NCBI GenBank assembly: GCA_964622255.1
Contig: CAZUPK010000050.1
Coordinates: forward strand, 1 to 48,748
Source of the DNA: an uncultured Campylobacterales bacterium
Lineage (GTDB): Bacteria > Campylobacterota > Campylobacteria > Campylobacterales > QNZT01
Direction of reading: 5' to 3'
Length of the DNA stretch: 48,748 nucleotides
Of the stretch, positions 19,332 through 29,882 are shown piece by piece. A program made the translations under genes and the position numbers. Numbering within the stretch: the stretch's first letter is position 1; the number at the start of each line of letters is the position of its first letter. A model generated the notes under the pieces. The model ran no database searches and was not told the origin of the DNA. It saw only the letters and a list, made by a program, of their open reading frames with translations.

Positions 19332-20303
19332 ATGGAGTTTTTTAAAAGCACGAAGATTTATGATTTTATGGGTAAGAGTAAACTCTTTATCTCGCTTAGC
19401 ATTTTAGTTATACTTACCTCTTATATACTATTATTTACAAAGGGTTTAAACTACGGTATAGATTTTGTAGGTGGAACGATAATTCAAGTAAAATATGATA
19501 AAAAGGCACCTATCAAAGAGATAAGAGAGGCTTTAAAAGTTGATAAAGATTTTGCAGGAGCAAGTGTTACGGAGTTTGGAAGTCCCGATGAGATAGTTAT
19601 AAGAGTTACAAACTCGACCACTTCAGTAGCAAATGATATAGGTGATAAAGTTAGAACTCTTTTAAAAGATACAGGAAAGTTTGAGATAAGAAGAGTGGAT
19701 ATGGTTGGTCCTAAGGTCGGAAGTGAACTTAGGGAAAAGGGTATAATGGCTATGTTTTTATCGATACTAACTATCCTTATCTATGTTGCATTTAGATTTG
19801 AGTGGAGATTTGCAGTTGCTTCCATACTTGCTTTAGTTCACGATGTATCTATTGCAATGGGAGCTTTGGCACTTTTTCAAGTGGATGTAAATCTTGATAT
19901 ATTAGCTGCACTTTTAACGATACTTGGATACTCTCTAAATGATACTATAATAGTTTTTGATAGAATAAGAGAGCAGGTTAAAGAGTCAAAAGTATATGAT
20001 CTTTTTTCAGTTATAAATGAGGCTGTAACAAAAACATTATCAAGAACGACTCTTACTTCACTAACAACTTTCTTTGTTGTTTTAACACTTTTTCTTTTTG
20101 GTGGAGAGATTATTTATGGATTTAGCTTTACTATGCTTGTCGGTGTAGTTGTGGGAACATATAGTTCTATCTTTGTAGCATCACCTCTTTTAAAATGGTT
20201 AGGTTTTAATGTGAAAAAATATAAAGATGATTTAGCAAAAAAAGAGAAAGAGAGAATAGAAAAGGAAAAACTAAGAGCTCAATACGAGGGTGGAGTTGTT
20301 TGA
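19332..20303 (+). CDS. secF: Protein translocase subunit SecF
   Basis: GIDFVGG, VGPKVG, GYSLNDTIIVFDRIRE, TLSRT..TS.TT. Confidence 0.98.
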   Translation: MEFFKSTKIYDFMGKSKLFISLSILVILTSYILLFTKGLNYGIDFVGGTIIQVKYDKKAPIKEIREALKVDKDFAGASVTEFGSPDEIVIRVTNSTTSVANDIGDKVRTLLKDTGKFEIRRVDMVGPKVGSELREKGIMAMFLSILTILIYVAFRFEWRFAVASILALVHDVSIAMGALALFQVDVNLDILAALLTILGYSLNDTIIVFDRIREQVKESKVYDLFSVINEAVTKTLSRTTLTSLTTFFVVLTLFLFGGEIIYGFSFTMLVGVVVGTYSSIFVASPLLKWLGFNVKKYKDDLAKKEKERIEKEKLRAQYEGGVV

Positions 20304-20311
20304 TGATAAAC

Positions 20312-20364
20312 TAACTAAGCCAAGATATTTTGGAGGGTGTTTTAGTTCCAAAATGGCTTAGTTA
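20312..20364. terminator. 18-bp bulged hairpin just after secF (terminator-like, no clear U-tract)
   Basis: TAACTAAGCC/GGCTTAGTTA (10 bp) plus ATTTTGGA/TCCAAAAT (8 bp), 5-nt bulge, 12-nt loop. Confidence 0.55.
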
Positions 20365-20552
20365 AGGTAGAGCTTTTTGGCTCTTTTGCAGGAGGTAAAC
20401 AATCTTAAAAATGGATCTTGAAAAAGGAATCACTCCATACTTTAAAGAGAATTAGGGAGTGGTGGTGTTTTTAAAAGAAAAGTTGATTTAGGGCATAGAA
20501 AAAACTATAAAACCAATAGCAAAAGAGTATATAGAAAGATGCTGTATCTATC
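20346..20552 (+). pseudogene. Frameshifted remnant of a minimal nucleotidyltransferase (MNT/MntA antitoxin-like)
   Basis: Fragments in shifting frames: FQNGLVKVELFGSFAGGKQ* ... RELGSGGVFKRKVDLG / IEKTIKPIAKEYIERCCIY, matching the MNT 'LFGS.A.G' and 'KVDL....LKP....I....IY' pattern. Confidence 0.65.
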
Positions 20553-23500
20553 TTTTTTCAAGCTCCCTCTTTGGATAAGCTACCACTATAACCCCTATAA
20601 CTATAGCTACTATCAAGTATAGATATTTAGGTATTGGCATCGGATCACCTGCTGCATAGGAGTGCATGCCTGAAAGATAGTAGTTCACTCCAACAAATGT
20701 CATAATGATAGAAGCATAGGATATTAGTGAAAGTGAGGCAAACTTATAGTGATAGTTTTTGTTAAACCAAGGAACAAATCTTATATGAGTAAGAAGAACA
20801 TATACAAGGATACTTATCCATGCCCAAGTTTCTTTAGGATCCCATCCCCAGTATCTTCCCCATGATTCATTTGCCCAAACACCACCTAAAAAGTTTCCGA
20901 TAGTAAGTAGAGCTAGACCTAAGATGGCTGTCATTTCATTTATCCTTGATGCTTCAACTATGCTTTTTGGGATGGTTGGATTTTTATCTTTCAAGATAAA
21001 CATAACAAGTGTAAAAAATCCAAGTATCATAGAAAGTCCCAAAAAACCGTAACTTGCAGTAAGAACGGATACATGGATATCTAACCAGTATGAGTTAAGA
21101 ACAGGAACTAAGTTTGTTATTTGAGGATCCATACCGGCTAAAAATGTTGTAAAAAGAGTTGAACCTGCTATAATAGCTGTTAGTGCAGGAGCTAGTAGTG
21201 AGTATTTTCTAAAAAATATTCCAGCTAATCCCATCGACCAAGCTATATAAAGCATTGCTTCATAGGCATTTGACCAAGGTGCATGACCTGCTATATACCA
21301 TCTAACTCCCATGCCGACTGTATGAGCCAAGAAGGCAAATATTATGATGAATTCACCTATAAATTTTGCTATTTTTATATTTGCTTTAGATTTTACTAAC
21401 TTGTAAAAGATAGTTATAAGAAGTATTAAACCACCTACAAAGTAAACAAAAGCTAGTTTATCAAAAAGCCTTAGTCTAGCAAAGATTTTTTCAGTTTTTA
21501 ACTGACTTTGTGGAGGTATAACCTTAGCTCCTAGTTTTTGTTGATACTTTCTTATGAGAGTTACCGCTTTGTTTGCTGTTTCCCAATTTCCACTTTTTTT
21601 TGCTTTATCTATCTGTGAAAAGTAGTATAAAAAAAGAGTCCTTACATGTGCTGACTCTTTTTGTGGAAAAGTTTCTATAGCATCTTTTACACTATACCAC
21701 CTGAAGTTTAGATCATTTTCTTTTGGTATAATTCTAAGTAAATCTCCAGTATATATCATATAAGCGATATTTACTCTTTCATCTACTTTTATGATATCTC
21801 TATCAAATTGATTTCTATTTATAGGCCTTTTTTGGTTAGCTATATTTATCTCTTTCATAAGTTTATAGGGACTTCCGCTTTTTATATTAAAATCAAAAAA
21901 ATCTTTATATGAAGCATATTTTGCATCTTTTGGAAGTCCTAGTATCTTTTTTATTTTATCGTGTTTTACTCTTATCATAGGTATATCTTGCCAGATTTTT
22001 GGGGCAGTTATCATACCAAGAAGTATTTGATTTGAGTCAAGTTCATAGAGTTCGGTTTTTTTGGAAACTTTTAACAAAACCTCTTTTGAAAAGGTATCTA
22101 GAGTAACTATTCTACCATCTTGTTTTTGTAAAAGTAGATCTCCAAAAAGTTTTGTATGATGTTTATCATAAAGCTTAGCATCATCCAAACTATCGGCTTT
22201 TATACCTTGTGAGAAGAAAAGCATAAAAATAGTTAAAAATGATGCCAAAACGGTATCTTTTTGAACTCTGTGGGCTAGTTTTCTAAATCTACTTTTTGGA
22301 TTTAAAAAGTTTAGTATGAGTCCCATACTTAAAAGAAGATATCCTATATATGTTGGGAGTTTTCCGGGGTCATGGTTTACTGACAAGACTGTTCCTTTTT
22401 CATCCATATCGTATGAGCTTTGAAAAAGTCTATATCCTTTATAGTCTAAGACATGGTTCATATATATCTTATAATCAAAGTTTTTATCTTTATCTAAGAC
22501 CGTAACATAACTTGCATAACTTGCAGGTGAATTACTTCCAGGATATTTTTTTAACTCAAATTTGTTTAGTTTTACTCTAAATGGTAGAGGAAGCTCTTTT
22601 GCTCCCCATTCTATAACAAACTTTACTCCACTAACTTCAACTTTTGTGAGATCTCCGTGGCGACTATCTCCGTAACCAAACAGCACTATATCTTTTGATT
22701 TTCCATCAAAGTAGAGTTTTGCTTTTATGGCTGATTTTAGAAAGTTTTGGATGTTTTTACCACCCTCGATTTTTTTAGAAGCTAAGATTTTTTTTGCATG
22801 AGGCATTATGGTTATAGGAGTTAATTTTATATTAAAAAAATCATACATCACTTTTGTTTTTAACTCAACAGGGGAGTTTGCTTTATGATGTGTAACCGAA
22901 GCATCAGACATCCTAGTTGCTGTAAAAGGAATATCACTCCTTATATATACTTTATTATCCTTTACTAAAAATTCTATATCTTGTGTGTATTTAAAATCTT
23001 TTTCATCTAAAATTATAACTTTTGGAGCCTGATTTGGCAAGGCTACCATCATCTTTATCTTTGCGAATGAGTTTTTATCAGCTACCAATATTTTTTCTAC
23101 ATTTGGGATAAGTTCTTGATACTCTAAAGAGGCTTTTTTACCAGCTATATCCATATCTACCTTAAAGTAGTTGTTTGATATTTTTGATATGAGTATCTTT
23201 TGATCTGTATGGTAGAGTTTATTGTTTTTGTTAGCAGTTATTTGTATATATGAGTTAGTTGTTGTGATGCTATTTCTACTTTTTCCCTCTCTTATGTGCA
23301 AAAGTCCCTCATATCCTATATATCTTGTAATTCCAGCTCCTATAATGATAAATAAAAATCCAATATGAAAGATAAGTGCAGGAAGTTTTTCTTTTCTATA
23401 TAATTTAAATCTAAAAATATTGCCTAAGAGATTTATCGCTAAAAGTATCTGTATCCACTCAAACCATTTAGTTGCATAAACCTCTGCCCAAGCGGTTGGA

Positions 23501-23610
23501 GTTCCATAGTCGTTTTCTATAAATGTTGCTACTGCTGATACTATCGCAAAGATAATCGTTAAAATAAGCATAAGTTTCATAGAGGTTAAAAATTTATATA
23601 GTTTTTTCAT
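20548..23610 (-). CDS. ccsBA: Fused cytochrome c synthase CcsBA (system II)
   Basis: ResB-like N-half (LHIREG, MNHVLDY.GYR.FQSSY), WWD domain WANESWGRYWGWDPKETW, HSY conserved His. Confidence 0.96.
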   Translation of the reverse strand: MKKLYKFLTSMKLMLILTIIFAIVSAVATFIENDYGTPTAWAEVYATKWFEWIQILLAINLLGNIFRFKLYRKEKLPALIFHIGFLFIIIGAGITRYIGYEGLLHIREGKSRNSITTTNSYIQITANKNNKLYHTDQKILISKISNNYFKVDMDIAGKKASLEYQELIPNVEKILVADKNSFAKIKMMVALPNQAPKVIILDEKDFKYTQDIEFLVKDNKVYIRSDIPFTATRMSDASVTHHKANSPVELKTKVMYDFFNIKLTPITIMPHAKKILASKKIEGGKNIQNFLKSAIKAKLYFDGKSKDIVLFGYGDSRHGDLTKVEVSGVKFVIEWGAKELPLPFRVKLNKFELKKYPGSNSPASYASYVTVLDKDKNFDYKIYMNHVLDYKGYRLFQSSYDMDEKGTVLSVNHDPGKLPTYIGYLLLSMGLILNFLNPKSRFRKLAHRVQKDTVLASFLTIFMLFFSQGIKADSLDDAKLYDKHHTKLFGDLLLQKQDGRIVTLDTFSKEVLLKVSKKTELYELDSNQILLGMITAPKIWQDIPMIRVKHDKIKKILGLPKDAKYASYKDFFDFNIKSGSPYKLMKEINIANQKRPINRNQFDRDIIKVDERVNIAYMIYTGDLLRIIPKENDLNFRWYSVKDAIETFPQKESAHVRTLFLYYFSQIDKAKKSGNWETANKAVTLIRKYQQKLGAKVIPPQSQLKTEKIFARLRLFDKLAFVYFVGGLILLITIFYKLVKSKANIKIAKFIGEFIIIFAFLAHTVGMGVRWYIAGHAPWSNAYEAMLYIAWSMGLAGIFFRKYSLLAPALTAIIAGSTLFTTFLAGMDPQITNLVPVLNSYWLDIHVSVLTASYGFLGLSMILGFFTLVMFILKDKNPTIPKSIVEASRINEMTAILGLALLTIGNFLGGVWANESWGRYWGWDPKETWAWISILVYVLLTHIRFVPWFNKNYHYKFASLSLISYASIIMTFVGVNYYLSGMHSYAAGDPMPIPKYLYLIVAIVIGVIVVAYPKRELEKR

Positions 23611-23700
23611 AAGTTTCCTTTATCTTTCTTCCAAAACAAAAGAAGAAAGTAACAAAATTTAGTTTATAAAGTGTTAATATTTTTGAATTGCTGAGTAGTT

Positions 23701-24666
23701 TCATCTTAGTAACTCTTTTATTCTATCTTTATTTGTTGGATGTGATGCAAAGAAACTATTTTTATTGCTATTTTTATACTTTTTTGACATCTTTATAAAG
23801 AAGTTTGCTAAGTGTTTTGGATTTATGCCATTTTCTAACATATTTTTTTTAGCATAAGCATCAGCCTCTCTTTCAAACTCTCTTGAGTATTTGGCATTTA
23901 GCAAAGAGGTGCTAAGAGTTGTTGCCAAAGTTGAAACATCTCCTGTTAGATAAGTTATGATTGCGGTTATCAAAGATGCTTTGATAATCATCTGCATTGA
24001 GTGTTTATAGACTATATGGCCTTTTTCGTGGGCTAAAACACCATATATCATATTCATATCACCATCGCTAAACTCTATGAGTTCATCTAGTATAACTATA
24101 TCTCCATTTGGAAGGGCAAAGGCATTTTCTCCCATACCTCTTCTAAAGTAGAGGTGGTATTTTGGATCATTGTTAGTTATTTTTTTAAAAAGTTTTTTTA
24201 TTTCATCCTGTTTTGTTTTTGGGAGTTTTGACTCTTTTAGGATATAACTATCTAATGTTTTTAAAGTTGATTTTGAAATCTTATCCTCAATTATATGGGG
24301 AGTAAACTTTGCAATCATTTTTGATATATAGGATGAGCCTATAGTTAAAAAAAAGATAGTTGTTAAAATTACAAAAATAAGTGATAAAAGTGCAAAGTGA
24401 GATTTTGATTCCAGCCTGTGGGCAAGAGAAGTCTTAAAAAGTTTGTCTAGTTTGTCATTTTCTTTTGAATAGATAGTGTAGTCTTTTACTTTTAAGATTC
24501 GTGGAATGTTTGCAACCCTTGAAGAGAGTTGAAACTCATCCTTCTTTGCAGTTAAAAAGAGTTCACCATTTTTTTTTATAGTTACATTTTCACCAGAAAA
24601 CTCTAAGATAATTTTACTTTTTTTTGAGCTTTTGTTATTGTAAAGTTCTCCATAAAGCTTTGTCAT
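23701..24666 (-). CDS. M48-family metallopeptidase
   Basis: NAFALPNG, HEKGH (HExxH), YSREFEREAD, SHP...RI. Confidence 0.9.
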   Translation of the reverse strand: MTKLYGELYNNKSSKKSKIILEFSGENVTIKKNGELFLTAKKDEFQLSSRVANIPRILKVKDYTIYSKENDKLDKLFKTSLAHRLESKSHFALLSLIFVILTTIFFLTIGSSYISKMIAKFTPHIIEDKISKSTLKTLDSYILKESKLPKTKQDEIKKLFKKITNNDPKYHLYFRRGMGENAFALPNGDIVILDELIEFSDGDMNMIYGVLAHEKGHIVYKHSMQMIIKASLITAIITYLTGDVSTLATTLSTSLLNAKYSREFEREADAYAKKNMLENGINPKHLANFFIKMSKKYKNSNKNSFFASHPTNKDRIKELLR

Positions 24667-25970
24667 ATACCTATGTCCAAGTCAAAAAAGTCATCTACTT
24701 CTTCTCCAATGGAAGTCTCATCCATAGCACTTTCAGCTTCGGTTATAAACTCATCATCTACTGTTGTATATAGGTTTTCTAGCTTATATTTTAAAGTTCT
24801 TATCTTTGTCCAAGGGTATAAAAGTCCAAGAGACAAGATGATAGCTAAAATATTTGTTACATATATAATGGTTAGTTTTAAGAAGCTAAGTTCACTTTTA
24901 AAAGGATAGGTTGATAGTTTAGTATGTTCCCAAGTATAGTTTTGGATGATAGCATCATAAAAGGCTTTTAAACCAAAAAGTATAAAAATATAAAGAAGGT
25001 TTATGACAAAGACATTTATATATTTACCAACTAAGTAGTCATTGGTTAGATTCATACTCTTTATCGTATATCCGACAGATGTACCTATAAAACCTATGAT
25101 AACAAAAGAGAGGATATATACCCCAACTATCTTTAAAAAGTTTATATACATATCTTTTGCTTTTCCATCATAGCTAAAGTAACTCTTTCCATAACTACTA
25201 TCATTTATGACTAACTCTTTAAACTTATTTAAACTATATGGATATGCAAGATAAAGTGTAAAGATATTTAAAATAAGATGCCAAAGGAAAAACTTATACA
25301 TTTTTACACTACTACCGTGATAGTGAAAGTTTATATTTTTATATTTTGTATTTTTTAGTTTAAATTTTATAGCTTTAGTGATTATCCACGGGGTAATGAG
25401 TATAGCTAGTATAAGAAGTATTACTGATATTAAAGGATTTAAAAATATTCGGCTTGATGCTATAAAAAGTAGATAAAAAGATACTACTATAAGCCGACCT
25501 TTTAGTATCTTTATAGGATCTGCGGTATATTCAAAAGAATTATCATAAAGGTATGTATTTGCATAAAAATATCTGTTAGTTCTCACTTTTGCCCAAGGTG
25601 AGTAGAGTCCAAAAGTTATGAGTGTTAAAAAGATATTTACTATCCATATTTTAAAGTATTCGCCTGTTTTTCCCTCAAAGTTAAAGTTTGTAAATTCTAG
25701 CTCTTTCTTCTTAGTTTCCTCTTTAACCTCTATTGTAATCTCATTTTTTTTTAAAGTATTCAAAACTTCGTCAAGATGACTTGGAGTTATGCAAGATAAA
25801 TCAAGCCGATTTTTGTATATTGCTATCTCATCAAAAAGTTTATAAAGTATATCTTTTTCATCTTTTGATAGAGTATCACTATGTTTTTCAATATAGTTAT
25901 TTAGTTTTACTCTGTTTTGAAAAAGATCCAAACTAATTACATACTCAAGCGATTTTACTATACTTTCCAT
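24663..25970 (-). CDS. YjgN/DUF898 inner-membrane protein with ~95-aa soluble N-terminal extension
   Basis: FEGKTGEYFKIWIVNIFLTLITFGLYSPWAKVR...YFY signature; paired with M48 gene; ATG at 25970 has SD AGGGG (ORF track starts at 26006). Confidence 0.85.
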   Translation of the reverse strand: MESIVKSLEYVISLDLFQNRVKLNNYIEKHSDTLSKDEKDILYKLFDEIAIYKNRLDLSCITPSHLDEVLNTLKKNEITIEVKEETKKKELEFTNFNFEGKTGEYFKIWIVNIFLTLITFGLYSPWAKVRTNRYFYANTYLYDNSFEYTADPIKILKGRLIVVSFYLLFIASSRIFLNPLISVILLILAILITPWIITKAIKFKLKNTKYKNINFHYHGSSVKMYKFFLWHLILNIFTLYLAYPYSLNKFKELVINDSSYGKSYFSYDGKAKDMYINFLKIVGVYILSFVIIGFIGTSVGYTIKSMNLTNDYLVGKYINVFVINLLYIFILFGLKAFYDAIIQNYTWEHTKLSTYPFKSELSFLKLTIIYVTNILAIILSLGLLYPWTKIRTLKYKLENLYTTVDDEFITEAESAMDETSIGEEVDDFFDLDIGI

Positions 25971-26013
25971 AAAAACCCCTTTAAAGTTTTTAAGAGAGTA
26001 TAGCAAAAGAAAA

Positions 26014-27783
26014 CTAAGCTTTTCTAGCCTCTCTTATTCTGATACTTAACTCTTTTAACTGTTCACTATCAACTCTGCTTGGAGCCTCCGTTAGTAAACA
26101 CTGTGCTTTTTGAGTCTTAGGGAAAGCTATAACATCTCTTATAGAGCTTGATTTTGTTAAAAGCATAATCATTCTATCAAGTCCAAAAGCAATACCTGCA
26201 TGTGGAGGCGCTCCAAACTTTAGGGCTTCTACTAAGAAACCAAACTTCTCTTTAGCCTCTTTGCTACTGATGCCTAAAAGTTTAAATACTTTTTCTTGGA
26301 TTTGTGGTTTATGGATACGAACACTACCACCACCAAGTTCAACACCATTTAAAACTATATCATAAGCGATAGACTCTATATCCTCTATATCTTCATAGTT
26401 TGCGATATTGTCAGCATCTTTAGGCATAGTAAAAGGGTGATGAAGAGCTTTAACTTTGTTATCATCTTTTTCAAACATAGGAAAATCAACAACCCACAAA
26501 AAGTTAAACTCATCTTTGGGGATTATATCCATAAGCTCTGCAAGATAAATCCTAAATCTTCCCATATAGTCTAATACTAACTTTTTCTCACCTGCACCAA
26601 AGAAAACAACATCTCCTACTTTTAGATCACAAACTCTTACTATTGACTCTAAGTCAGCTTCACTAAAAAACTTTGTTAAAGGACCTTTTAAGCCTTCTGT
26701 TTTCATCTGAAAGTAACCAAGTCCACTTGCACCAAACTTTCTTACATACTCTTCAAAGCCTTTCATCTGTCTTTTTGAGAAGATATTGTCTCCATTTGGA
26801 ACCTTCAGGGCTTTTATACGATTTTTCTTTTTATCTTTTGCTATGTTTGAAAATATTTCATTTTCACATCTTTCAAATATATCTATAACATCAACCATAG
26901 CCAAGTCATATCTTAAGTCCGGTTTATCACTACCATACTTTTCCATAGCTTCTTGATACTTTATCCTTGGAAAAGGGGTTTGTATCTTTTGTCCACAAGA
27001 GGAAAATATAGCTTTTATCATCTCTTCGGAGATATTTATAACATCATCTTCACTAGCAAAACTCATCTCAATATCTATCTGAGTAAATTCAGGCTGACGG
27101 TCAGCTCTTAAGTCTTCATCTCTAAAACACTTTGCCACTTGAAAATATCTATCAAATCCACCAACCATCAGAAGTTGCTTAAAAAGTTGTGGAGATTGAG
27201 GAAGTGCATAGAATTCTCCGCTATGAACACGACTAGGAACAAGATAGTCTCTTGCACCCTCAGGAGTTGATTTTGTAAGTATAGGAGTTTCAACCTCTAA
27301 AAAGCCGTTAGCATCCAAGATATTTCTTGCTGCTATAGTAGCCTTACTTCTTAGCTTAAATATCTCATACATCTTAGGTTTTCTAAGATCTAAGTATCTA
27401 TACTTTAATCTTATCTCTTCATTTACATTTTCGTCATTTATAACAAATGGAAGAGCTTCTGATTTATTATCTATCACAAGTTTATCAACTACAACTTCAA
27501 TAGCTCCGGTTTTTAGGTTTGGATTTGCTAAACCTTCACCTCTTGCTCTTACCTTTCCATATGCTATCAAAACATACTCATCTCTTACACTTGTTGCTAC
27601 TTGATGAGCTTCTTTTGAATCAGCAGGATCACAAACAAGTTGGATAATTCCGCTTCTATCTCTTAAGTCTATAAATATAACACCACCGTGATCTCTATAA
27701 CTGTTTGCCCAACCAGCAAGGATAACCTCTTTACCTATACTATTTTTATCAAGTTCCGTGCAGTAATCCGTTCTTAGTTTCAC
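26014..27783 (-). CDS. aspS: Aspartate--tRNA ligase
   Basis: [59 protein letters not shown]; GTG start; TATAAT at 27819-27814. Confidence 0.99.
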   Translation of the reverse strand: MKLRTDYCTELDKNSIGKEVILAGWANSYRDHGGVIFIDLRDRSGIIQLVCDPADSKEAHQVATSVRDEYVLIAYGKVRARGEGLANPNLKTGAIEVVVDKLVIDNKSEALPFVINDENVNEEIRLKYRYLDLRKPKMYEIFKLRSKATIAARNILDANGFLEVETPILTKSTPEGARDYLVPSRVHSGEFYALPQSPQLFKQLLMVGGFDRYFQVAKCFRDEDLRADRQPEFTQIDIEMSFASEDDVINISEEMIKAIFSSCGQKIQTPFPRIKYQEAMEKYGSDKPDLRYDLAMVDVIDIFERCENEIFSNIAKDKKKNRIKALKVPNGDNIFSKRQMKGFEEYVRKFGASGLGYFQMKTEGLKGPLTKFFSEADLESIVRVCDLKVGDVVFFGAGEKKLVLDYMGRFRIYLAELMDIIPKDEFNFLWVVDFPMFEKDDNKVKALHHPFTMPKDADNIANYEDIEDIESIAYDIVLNGVELGGGSVRIHKPQIQEKVFKLLGISSKEAKEKFGFLVEALKFGAPPHAGIAFGLDRMIMLLTKSSSIRDVIAFPKTQKAQCLLTEAPSRVDSEQLKELSIRIREARKA

Positions 27784-27830
27784 TTTATAATCCTTCTACC
27801 AAAAATTGCTGCGATTATAGCTAAAATTTT

Positions 27831-29882
27831 TTAAAACAATTTTTTAAGCAAATCTTTTGCTATATCATTTTTAAGTTTATCTTTTATTTTATTTTCTAGC
27901 CTCTTTTTTAGTTTCTCTTTTAACTTCACTTTCTCTTGTTTTAGTCTCTCTCTTGCTTTTTTCTTAAGCTCATCCTTTACAAATGAACTGTCAAGTTTTA
28001 TCTTTGGATTTGATGTCGTTCCTGTTAGCTTTAAAGGAATAGTTCTTTTATTATCTGTTACTAAAACTTTACTATCCAATCTTCCTTCTGGTTGATATAT
28101 CTTACCCTTATCAATCAAAACGGAAACAGCCTTACTTATAGCTTTAAAATCAAAAATAATCAAATTTTTACTAAGATTTGCTATAAGTTTTGTGTTGTTA
28201 TAGTGTTTTGCTGTAAGATCTGTTCCTCCCAAAGATGCTATTATTTTAGTTAAGTTACTTGGAAGTAGTTTAGCCTCTTTCATAGTAATAACCGCTTTTC
28301 CTTTAGAAGTTTTTAAGTCATAGTTAAAGTCTGAAAAAGTTTTTGCTTCTAGCATAGCAGGGTAACTTAATGTTCCTTGTATCTTTAATGCTGATGCACC
28401 TTTAACAGTTGCTGTTAGTTTGTTATCAAGAAGTTTAAAGTCTATGTCTCCTCCAAACTTATTTGAGTGGCCATCTATCATAATAGAGTCATCTTGTTTT
28501 ATATGTCCATCAACTTTCAAATTTCCAACAAGTTTTTGTTTTGTTATATAGTTTAGTTTTGCTAAGTTATCAAGATATAGTGTATAGAGTGTTGTTAAAG
28601 AGTTGTTTTTTATCTTATAAACCATATTTTTTAACTTTATATCTCCAAAACTGTTTTTTATATCTGCTTTAAGATATATTTTTTGATTTTTGATAGTTCC
28701 GTCTGCTTTTAAGTTATACTTTATATCTCTATCGCTATCAAAATTATAAAGCTTTTTCAAAAGAAGTCTTTTATTTACTCCATCTGCTTTTATGTTAAAC
28801 TTCCCCGTTAAGTTTTTTACACTATTTAATATCAACTCTCCATTTATTCTAGCATCGGTATATTTTGGAAGATTTAGTCTATAAAAAATAGCATTTGTTG
28901 AAACATTTGTTAAATAAGCTTTTAATCTATCTGCTATTAAAATAGTCTCTATTTTACCACCTAAAGATGAAGTATTTAAAGTTGCTACTAAATCTTTTTT
29001 ATATTTTATATCTCCATAACCTTTAAATTTTCCTCTTAACTTTGTTTTTGTGATTAAATACAGTTTTGCTAAATCTTTTATATCTATTTGATAATCACTC
29101 TCAAATGAGTTTGATTTTACATTGTAAAAGCTTCTTTTTGTTTTGAGATTTAAAAGATTTGATAAGAGTGTTATCTTTGCTTTTGCAATATCTTTTTTTA
29201 AGTTTACTTTTAAATCAAGATTAAAAACTGTTTTTAAAGGAAGTTCCACCTTAAACTCTCTTTTTATAAGTTTGGAGTTTGTATATCCCTTTTTTATATC
29301 AAGTATAGCACTTCCTTTTAAACTTTGTTTATCCAAAGAGGGGATATTTGCTACAAGTGTTACTATACCGTCTGCATAAGGTTTTTGTCCGGCTAACAAG
29401 AGTAGTTTCTTAAGACTTGCTTTATCAATCTTTGCAGTTATATTTTTAGGCTTTTTATTCTCTAAGTCTAGTTTAAACTCTACCTTAGAGTTTGCTACTT
29501 TACCTAAACCAAAAATTTTAGCTTTTTTTATATTTCCTACAGCTACACCCTTTATATAAACTTTTTCATTAAACTTAAACTCCTTTGTTTCTATCTTTTT
29601 AGCATCTATCTTATAAGTTAGGTTAAAACTCTTTTTTATTACATCAAAATCCCCATCTATATCAACATCAGCCATAGAGTTAATATTTGCTTTTGTCATT
29701 ATGTGTTTTGGAGTTAGCCTAAAGCTATCTAACTTTATATCTGCTACTTTTATCTTCTTTTTTAGATAAGAATTTATAAATGGTAAAAGAAAATCATTTC
29801 CGCTTTTTGTAAAAGCTAAAAAGTAACCTCCGCCAAAAACTAAACTAAGGGTAATTACTAAGTAAATCAATACCTTTTTCAT
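27831..29882 (-). CDS. Large Lys-rich exported/anchored protein, AsmA/TamB-like beta-repeat architecture
   Basis: N-terminal TM then FT..GN..L.P, internal repeated beta modules, C-terminal GT..NPKIKLD and basic coiled tail. Confidence 0.6.
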   Translation of the reverse strand: MKKVLIYLVITLSLVFGGGYFLAFTKSGNDFLLPFINSYLKKKIKVADIKLDSFRLTPKHIMTKANINSMADVDIDGDFDVIKKSFNLTYKIDAKKIETKEFKFNEKVYIKGVAVGNIKKAKIFGLGKVANSKVEFKLDLENKKPKNITAKIDKASLKKLLLLAGQKPYADGIVTLVANIPSLDKQSLKGSAILDIKKGYTNSKLIKREFKVELPLKTVFNLDLKVNLKKDIAKAKITLLSNLLNLKTKRSFYNVKSNSFESDYQIDIKDLAKLYLITKTKLRGKFKGYGDIKYKKDLVATLNTSSLGGKIETILIADRLKAYLTNVSTNAIFYRLNLPKYTDARINGELILNSVKNLTGKFNIKADGVNKRLLLKKLYNFDSDRDIKYNLKADGTIKNQKIYLKADIKNSFGDIKLKNMVYKIKNNSLTTLYTLYLDNLAKLNYITKQKLVGNLKVDGHIKQDDSIMIDGHSNKFGGDIDFKLLDNKLTATVKGASALKIQGTLSYPAMLEAKTFSDFNYDLKTSKGKAVITMKEAKLLPSNLTKIIASLGGTDLTAKHYNNTKLIANLSKNLIIFDFKAISKAVSVLIDKGKIYQPEGRLDSKVLVTDNKRTIPLKLTGTTSNPKIKLDSSFVKDELKKKARERLKQEKVKLKEKLKKRLENKIKDKLKNDIAKDLLKKLF

